A stretch of DNA of 64,000 nt, from positions 48,389 through 112,388 of the forward strand of contig DFLT01000002.1 in assembly GCA_002375465.1 (NCBI GenBank), in the 5' to 3' direction. The position numbers were made by a program, and so were the translations under genes. The notes beneath the pieces are model-generated. The model saw only the letters and a program-made list of their open reading frames with translations, did no database searches and was not told the origin of the DNA. Below are positions 42,959 through 49,131 of the stretch, one piece after another (the first letter of the stretch is position 1; each line of letters starts with the position of its first letter). Source of the stretch: Alphaproteobacteria bacterium UBA3612 (GTDB lineage: Bacteria > Pseudomonadota > Alphaproteobacteria > Sphingomonadales > Sphingomonadaceae).

Positions 42959-43210
42959 TTAGTATCGGACGCCCTTCGCGGCGAGACGTTCATGAAGCCT
43001 TGGATCGACGGCGTCCTCATGCGCCCGCCGCAACTGGATCAATGACGCTTCGGGCGACTCGGCATAATGAATGGCGCGCCATTCCCCCGCCTTTTGGCGT
43101 AGCACGAAGTGCACTGGAGCAGTTACGTCGGCGCGCAACTCGCCGAAGAAATGGCGGAGGCAGGGTTCGCGCCCGACGTCGTCGTAGAGCATGATCTGGC
43201 CGCGATCCAT
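42959..43210 (-). CDS. Hypothetical 83-aa protein
   Basis: An ORF with reasonable GC3, followed by the hairpin terminator. No recognisable motif. Confidence 0.45.
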   Translation of the reverse strand: MDRGQIMLYDDVGREPCLRHFFGELRADVTAPVHFVLRQKAGEWRAIHYAESPEASLIQLRRAHEDAVDPRLHERLAAKGVRY

Positions 43211-43251
43211 GGGGCAGTACGGTGGTACGCGATCAGCGGCAGGAAAGCTGC

Positions 43252-43584
43252 ATGACCAGCGCGACCCCGGACGCGATTTCTGAACTGCTGGCGAGTGCGC
43301 GGGGGCACCGGCCGAAGAGCCTTGCCTGTGGAGAGGCGGAGGACGCGTTGAATGTCGCGCTGGCCCTGACGGTGGAACTTGCCGTGGCGAACGACAGGAT
43401 CGACAGGCTGGAACGCATGGTTGCCGATCTTCGCGGCGAACCCGTGTCGACGTTGCGCGACGTGGCTTATGAGGGTGATGTGGCTGCCGAACGGCGCGAC
43501 GCGATGGAAGCGCTGCTTATGCGTACAATGCGGATCTTCCTTGACCCTCGACGGCAGTCTGCTGATCATAACGGCAACAGATAG
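43252..43584 (+). CDS. Hypothetical 110-aa coiled-coil protein
   Basis: ATG at 43252 is preceded by AGGAAAG. A predicted helical segment is NDRIDRLERMVADLRGE. No family recognised. Confidence 0.45.
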   Translation: MTSATPDAISELLASARGHRPKSLACGEAEDALNVALALTVELAVANDRIDRLERMVADLRGEPVSTLRDVAYEGDVAAERRDAMEALLMRTMRIFLDPRRQSADHNGNR

Positions 43585-43633
43585 CGACCACGTGGTGTTC
43601 GCTGGTTGCGGCATTCAGCGATGGAGTCGTTCG

Positions 43634-44620
43634 GTGAAACAGGCGCTTGTGATTGCCGCGTCTTTGTTGCTGGGATTTCAGGCCGGCAATTCGTCCGTTC
43701 TGGCCCAGCCCATGGTGGTGCACCAGGCACCGGTCGTCTGCCTTGCCGCTCCAGGCGTGGAAAGCGACCGGCCGCTCGTATCTCGCATTGGCCGGCCAGA
43801 CCCGGCCGTGATGGACATTTTCTCTGGCGCGGGTGCGTCGGCCTTCTCGGTGCACGATCTTACCGAGGATGAGCTTATTCTCGTCGAAAAGGCCCTGGGA
43901 AAGCTGCCCCGCCTGCACCGCGACGTCCTGCGCCGCCACCTGCGGCGATTGAGCTTTCTCGACCTGCAGCCAGGCGCGGGAAGTGCGTTGACGAGCCGGG
44001 CCGGGCTTGATGACGCCAGCATGCAGTTCGATATCACGCTGCGAGCAAGCCTGCTCGACGAAAGCTTGGCCAAGTTCCTGAACGACAAGGAGAGCCGTCT
44101 GTTTGCCGATGATGATTCGGGCTTCAGCGTTGAATTCGACGCCGGGCAAAGCGATGCGCTGACCTATATCCTGCTGCATGAGGCTAATCATATCGTCGAT
44201 CAGGTCATCGCCTTGACCGCCGATACGGCAGGGCCGTTCCGGTCGAAAGTCTGGAAGGACCTTCGGGCCATTGCGCCCCCTCACGATGCCAGCCTTGCAG
44301 CGAAAAATCCGTTTCGGCGGGCACGGCCCATTCCGCTGCGCTATGCCCCGGCATATTACGAATCGCTGGCGAACAGTCCGTTCGTTTCGTTCTACGCCAC
44401 GGCGGCAGCGACCGAGGATGTTGCGGAACTGTTTGCGTGGCAACAATTGGCGTCGCGCTTTGACCAATCGCTGACGATCACGATCCGCGACAATCAGCGT
44501 CTGATCCTGCATCGCTACGAGCCTCTTGAAACGCCTTTCGCACTTTTGCGCTTTGGGGATGTGCAGGCCGTATTCGAGAAATATGAGCAGGCCTGCCGCA
44601 GGGTTGGAGGATCTGCCTAG
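43634..44620 (+). CDS. Secreted hypothetical protein with an HEXXH zinc-metallopeptidase-like motif
   Basis: GTG at 43634 gives VKQALVIAASLLLGFQAGNSSVLAQP, a signal peptide. The motif is ILLHEANHIVD. The upstream tracked part overlaps the previous gene. Confidence 0.55.
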   Translation: MKQALVIAASLLLGFQAGNSSVLAQPMVVHQAPVVCLAAPGVESDRPLVSRIGRPDPAVMDIFSGAGASAFSVHDLTEDELILVEKALGKLPRLHRDVLRRHLRRLSFLDLQPGAGSALTSRAGLDDASMQFDITLRASLLDESLAKFLNDKESRLFADDDSGFSVEFDAGQSDALTYILLHEANHIVDQVIALTADTAGPFRSKVWKDLRAIAPPHDASLAAKNPFRRARPIPLRYAPAYYESLANSPFVSFYATAAATEDVAELFAWQQLASRFDQSLTITIRDNQRLILHRYEPLETPFALLRFGDVQAVFEKYEQACRRVGGSA

Positions 44621-45030
44621 ACGGCTTGGGGATGTTGAGGAGCAGAAGTCTGACCAGACCGCAGCACAGTTGACGCAGGCCCAGCAACCTCGACACCGGC
44701 CGAATTTGACAGCGTAGGGATTGACGATGGGTGCCGCATGCGAATCGCTCGCACGTCGTCACGGATGGGCGAGGCCGCCGCACATCGTCCAGCCATATTC
44801 GGGTACGCCAAAAGCGCCGCTGCGTTCGCTTGGAACCGGAATGCTACCCAACATAGCGGCAGGCGGGTCGCTGCCAGCGCGCGTCGTGACTTCCAACATA
44901 ACGGCGGATCGCTCTAGCTATCGCGACAGGCGAGCAGTCGACGATACTTCCGGATGAACAAGAAGGCGGAGCGATCCCTCGGATTTCTCTGAGGCCCATA
45001 AGGCGTATAGGGAAGCGAGAGAAGAACAAA

Positions 45031-45052
45031 TGGTGCCAGAAGAGGACTCGAA
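45031..45052 (-). repeat. Isolated tRNA 3'-end fragment (T-loop, acceptor strand and ACCA); candidate att core at the island boundary
   Basis: The minus strand reads TTCGAGTCCTCTTCTGGCACCA. No D-arm or anticodon arm lies upstream of it; the flanking sequence is AT-rich. Confidence 0.6.
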
Positions 45053-45574
45053 TATACTTGATAACAATTTGTATTTATTTTCAAAGGGAAATTCGATTTA
45101 CAAATATGGCACAACCACTGGCACTAAATACTTTTTAGGTAGCGGTTCGCTTCCCGACTTCTATTCATACCATACGGTTTCATTACATTCCGATCCGTTG
45201 CCAGGCAAGCCATTCCATCCTGATTTACGTGGCAAGGCGGCCCTTGGAATAGAAAATCTTTCACCAACCGCCTCGCGCAGCACCTGCTAAGCAAAAATAG
45301 CGGAGCATCGTTTGTCATGCCTAGCACGCGCTGCCGGTTGCCAACGCCACCTTGGCGCCCCGAACGAGCGACTCGGGCTTCGCGATACTGGAGTTAGTTC
45401 AAGCTGGCAGCTTGTGGGCCGGTTACGGGATGATCCGGCTCAGGCCACCAGACACAGGAAAGCGAACATTCGGGCGAAGCGATGGCGGGCCCGCAGTCGC
45501 TCACTTTGCCGCCGTTCCCGGCCTCAGCTTAGCTCGACGGCATCTGGCCTCCATTCATATCGCCGGCGCAGCGG

Positions 45575-45844
45575 CTAGCCAACGCATTCAGGTAAGGACA
45601 ACAAGTTGTCATTCCATTTGCCGTCTGCGTAGGTGCGGAGATATTTACCGCTTGAGCCATTGACCACGCCGATGTTGCCGCGATTGCCTGCAACATAGGT
45701 GTAAAACGTATTAGTCTGGGCTTCGATGGAGTCGATGACTTGCTTGCGCGTCCAGTGCCAGCCGGAACCGCCCAAATGGGTGATGCCTTCATGGGTGCTG
45801 TCACGGGGCTGCTTGTTGATGCAGGTAACTTGAACGTCGGCCAT
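45575..45844 (-). CDS. DUF3892 domain protein (89 aa)
   Basis: ITHLGG..W.W....VI..IE...N.FYT......IGVV......YLRTYADGKWNDNLLSLPEC fits the DUF3892 pattern. Confidence 0.75.
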   Translation of the reverse strand: MADVQVTCINKQPRDSTHEGITHLGGSGWHWTRKQVIDSIEAQTNTFYTYVAGNRGNIGVVNGSSGKYLRTYADGKWNDNLLSLPECVG

Positions 45845-45867
45845 TGGAGAGGGTGTCCTTCTTTCAG

Positions 45868-46056
45868 TTAGGAATTGGGGCCATCACGGCCATCGGGTTC
45901 TTTGGCGACGCCTTTGAACGGCGATGCGCCATTCTTGACGCTCATGAACTCGCCGGTGCGTTCGTTGCGCTTCTGAAAGTTGCCATCATTGCGCTGGAAC
46001 TGGGTGCGGGCAGTGACTGCGCCGCGACGAAAATTGCTTCCGGTATTCTTGGCCAT
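45868..46056 (-). CDS. Small basic hypothetical protein (62 aa)
   Basis: MAKNTGSNFRRGAVTARTQFQRNDGNFQKRNERTGEFMSVKNGASPFKGV.... It is tightly packed between two co-oriented small genes (16- and 23-nt gaps). Confidence 0.5.
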   Translation of the reverse strand: MAKNTGSNFRRGAVTARTQFQRNDGNFQKRNERTGEFMSVKNGASPFKGVAKEPDGRDGPNS

Positions 46057-46072
46057 AAAATCTCCTGTGAAC

Positions 46073-46333
46073 TTAGTTGAACGTGTAACGCTTCCACGGG
46101 ATGCGGTTCATCGACACCCGCGAAAGAAAATTGGCGAGGTCGCGACGACCAAAATATGTCGGCGTTCCGCGCGAGTCCTGAGACATCAAGACAATCGGCA
46201 TCCCGGGAAAACACCGGCTAAAGTTCTGCGAGGCTTTCGCCGCTTCATGCCGGTTGTCCGTGATATGGCGCTTAACAACCACGACCGCGAAGGTCTGGCC
46301 CTGTTCTTTGATAACAGCACCTTCGAGATGCAT
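46073..46333 (-). CDS. Small hypothetical protein (86 aa), first gene of the three-gene minus-strand operon
   Basis: ATG at 46333 (MHLEGAVIKEQGQTFAVVVVKRH...). The longer tracked 182-aa form would run antisense through the XRE gene. Confidence 0.5.
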   Translation of the reverse strand: MHLEGAVIKEQGQTFAVVVVKRHITDNRHEAAKASQNFSRCFPGMPIVLMSQDSRGTPTYFGRRDLANFLSRVSMNRIPWKRYTFN

Positions 46334-46438
46334 GGCAGTTCCCTTTTTGCTTGGACTGGGGCGGGATGCCCTTGTCACGATTCGACATATGGCCCGATAC
46401 CGAAATGCCGTCAATACAAACATCAGGATGTGCTTGTC

Positions 46439-46468
46439 GCAAACATTTGTTTGCGTAATTGACATTAC
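46439..46468. promoter_or_regulatory. Two adjacent palindromes in the divergent promoter region; candidate XRE operators
   Basis: GCAAACATTTGTTTGC is a perfect 16-bp palindrome (46439-46454). It is followed by GTAATTGACATTAC (46455-46468), which contains TTGACA. Confidence 0.4.
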
Positions 46469-46496
46469 CCATGCATGAGTGCAGTTGCGCGCTTCG

Positions 46497-46853
46497 ATGG
46501 AAAAGCATTCAATATATGCCGAACTAGGCCGCGCTGTTGCTACTCGCCGTAAAATGGTGGGGCTTACACAGGCCGAAGTTGCCAAAGCCGTTGGCATTTC
46601 AAGAGCGTCAATCGCCAACATCGAATCTGGCCGCCAGAAGGTTCTGCTTCACCAAGTCTATGGGCTAGTCGAGGCGCTTGGACTCAAGGCCATTACCGAG
46701 CTTGTGCCTGCGACTCCTCCACGCGCTTTGGTAGCGGAAGCTGGGGAAAGGCTTTCAACATGGGGTGCAGCTGTGTCCGACGATCAGATGTCAGGGGTTG
46801 AACAACTGCTCAAAAGTGCGCTCGGACAACAGCGAAACGGTTCCGCTCGATGA
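46497..46853 (+). CDS. XRE-family HTH transcriptional regulator
   Basis: LTQAEVAKAVGISRASIANIESGRQ is an HTH_3 motif. A GTG at 46479 is an alternative start. Confidence 0.85.
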   Translation: MEKHSIYAELGRAVATRRKMVGLTQAEVAKAVGISRASIANIESGRQKVLLHQVYGLVEALGLKAITELVPATPPRALVAEAGERLSTWGAAVSDDQMSGVEQLLKSALGQQRNGSAR

Positions 46854-47371
46854 GCATCATTCAAGACAATGCACGAGAACTGGCCCGTGACGTCTTGGCC
46901 AAATACGGGACAGTCAACGCTCCTGTACCAGTCGAGAAGATCATCAAGCGGCTCGACATTCGCATCCAGTTCTCGCCGCTCGATCAAGAACTCTCTGGCA
47001 TGGCGCTAGTCAAAGATGGCGTTGCGGTAATCGGCATCAATGCGTTGCATCACCCCAACCGGCAACGCTTCACAATGGCACACGAACTTGGGCATCACAC
47101 TATGCATCGGACGCATATCGAAAATGCGGTGCATGTCGATAAAGGGTTCGCAATCCTGCGGCGTGATACCCTTGCCGCCCAGGGCACCGACAAGATGGAA
47201 ATTGAGGCCAATGCTTTTGCCTCGGAGCTTTTGATTCCTAGAGACTTACTGGAACCCGTAATCGGCACCGGCGACATAGACTTGGATGATGTGGATCGCT
47301 TGCAGTCCATTGCCAAAAAGTTCAAGGTCAGCCTGTCGGCGCTGCAATACAGATTGCTGGCGTTTACTTGA
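46850..47371 (+). CDS. ImmA/IrrE family zinc metallopeptidase
   Basis: FTMAHELGHHTMH (HEXXH). The ATGA overlap with the XRE gene is the classic XRE-ImmA pairing. Confidence 0.9.
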   Translation: MSIIQDNARELARDVLAKYGTVNAPVPVEKIIKRLDIRIQFSPLDQELSGMALVKDGVAVIGINALHHPNRQRFTMAHELGHHTMHRTHIENAVHVDKGFAILRRDTLAAQGTDKMEIEANAFASELLIPRDLLEPVIGTGDIDLDDVDRLQSIAKKFKVSLSALQYRLLAFT

Positions 47372-47446
47372 GGCTTGCGGGGGCGTGGCATGGGGTTCGT
47401 ATTCTATGCCACTAAAACGTCGGGCGCAGTAACGAACGGGGGCGGT

Positions 47447-48847
47447 ATGAGTTTTGTGTTCTACGATACCGAAACTACCGGTATCAATACGTCCTTTGAC
47501 CAAATCCTTCAGTTCGCAGCGATCAAGACCGATGCTGATCTAAATATCATTGAGCGGTTTGAAATCCGCTCTCGGCTCTTACCATTCGTGGTTCCCGCTC
47601 CCGGTGCGCTTCGGGTGACCAAAATGACGATTGAGCGGCTGCACGATCCTGCGACGCCCTCGCACTACGATATGATGCGGGCAATCCGAGCCAAGCTCTT
47701 GGAATGGTCACCAGCGATCTTCCTTGGGTATAACAGTTTGAGGTTTGATGAGGAGCTAATACGCCAAGCGCTGTATCAAACGCTGCATCGGCCATATCTG
47801 ACCAACACTGATGGCAACTGCCGGGGCGACGTTCTGGCCCTTGTTCAATCTGTTTCGGAGTTTGAGCCGGATTGCCTCTCGGTGCCGATCGGCAACAAAG
47901 GTACTGCCGTCTTTAAGCTTGATCAGCTTGCTCCGGCCAATGGTTTTGCTCACGAAAACGCGCATGACGCCTTGGCCGATGTCGAGGCCACTATTCACCT
48001 TTGCCGCCTGATTCAAGACGGAGCCGGCGAACAATGGAGTCGGTTTTTGCGGTTCACGCAAAAGGCAGCAGCAGTCGAGTTTTTGGATGAAGGCGACCCG
48101 TTCCTACTTACTGAGTTTTACTTCAACAGGCCAAAGCACATGCCGGTGTTACGCATCGGGCAAGAAGTTGGTCAACCCAACGTCTCGATCTGTTTTGATC
48201 TGGCGCGTGATCTAGACTCGTTCCGCAATTTGACTGATGCCCAGCTTCAACGTCTGATCGAGAGCTCTCCGAAACCGCTCCGAAAAGTCAAAGCCAATGC
48301 CGCGCCTACAATGAGCGCGCTTGATGATGTGCCAGTGCATTTGCTGAGCGGACTTTCCCATGATGATATTGCCGCTCGTGCGGCTGACCTTCAAAGTGAT
48401 GAGGCATTGATTGCGCGGCTCTTGGCTGCCTATGAAGCCACAAAAGCCGAGTATGAACCGTCCCCACATATCGAACAGCAAATCTATGGCGGGGAATTTC
48501 CGATGCCCGCAGATTACCAATTGATGGATCGATTTCACGAAACGCCGTGGGCGCAGCGTCACGCGCTGACGGGGCAGTTTCTTGACCCCAAGTTTGGGTT
48601 TATTGCCAAGCGCCTGATTTTTGCCAATGACCCCAACCACCTTCCCGCAGCTGAAAGGGCGGAAATGGCTAGCCATGTTTCATCGCGGCTGATTGTGCCA
48701 GACGATGCCGAAGTCAAATGGACGACGCTGATCAAAGCCAAAGCCGAATGCGCCAAAATGCTTCCTTCTGCTGACCCCGAAGATCTGCCGATCTTACAGG
48801 GCTATGCTCAGTATCTCGATGCTCGAATCGCTGCGGTAAATGGCTAG
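47447..48847 (+). CDS. sbcB: Exodeoxyribonuclease I (SbcB-like DEDDh 3'-5' exonuclease)
   Basis: FVFYDTETTG (Exo I), GYNSLRFDEE (Exo II) and NAHDALADVEAT (Exo III). The C-terminal region is of ExoI length, giving 466 aa from ATG 47447. Alternative upstream starts are at 47390 and 47375. Confidence 0.85.
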   Translation: MSFVFYDTETTGINTSFDQILQFAAIKTDADLNIIERFEIRSRLLPFVVPAPGALRVTKMTIERLHDPATPSHYDMMRAIRAKLLEWSPAIFLGYNSLRFDEELIRQALYQTLHRPYLTNTDGNCRGDVLALVQSVSEFEPDCLSVPIGNKGTAVFKLDQLAPANGFAHENAHDALADVEATIHLCRLIQDGAGEQWSRFLRFTQKAAAVEFLDEGDPFLLTEFYFNRPKHMPVLRIGQEVGQPNVSICFDLARDLDSFRNLTDAQLQRLIESSPKPLRKVKANAAPTMSALDDVPVHLLSGLSHDDIAARAADLQSDEALIARLLAAYEATKAEYEPSPHIEQQIYGGEFPMPADYQLMDRFHETPWAQRHALTGQFLDPKFGFIAKRLIFANDPNHLPAAERAEMASHVSSRLIVPDDAEVKWTTLIKAKAECAKMLPSADPEDLPILQGYAQYLDARIAAVNG

Positions 48848-49131
48848 CCGATGCTCATTTTTCCGGCCGACGCGAAGGTGGAATTTGGAGATGCTTAGCT
48901 TCTACCATTAATGTCGCAAATGACTCGATTACGGTATTAGCCTTGTTGTAAATGGACGTCCGCTTTCGCCGAATTCTGAGTAAGAGCGGACTGTCGGCAC
49001 CATCCAACATTGCTGCCGCTCAGCGGTGATCATTCCGTCGTCCGCTTTCGAGAACATGCGCGGAGTCGTCGAATGACCGAAATGAGGGCGCATTCCTGAC
49101 CGCCTGCTTTCCCGATCATCAGCACATGCCC

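Noticed and set aside
45031-45110. A complete tRNA gene on the minus strand
   Set aside because: Only the T-loop-to-ACCA part is present. The sequence where the T-stem 5' strand, anticodon arm and D-arm should be cannot pair and lacks the conserved D-loop and anticodon features.
45030-45290. 86-aa ORF in the AT-rich island edge
   Set aside because: It starts inside the tRNA-fragment repeat and has atypical composition, no RBS and no motif. It is probably junction sequence.
46334-46621. N-terminal extension making the 86-aa gene a 182-aa ORF
   Set aside because: The extension would read antisense through the XRE gene and the operator region. The shorter form starting at ATG 46333 fits the compact three-gene operon.
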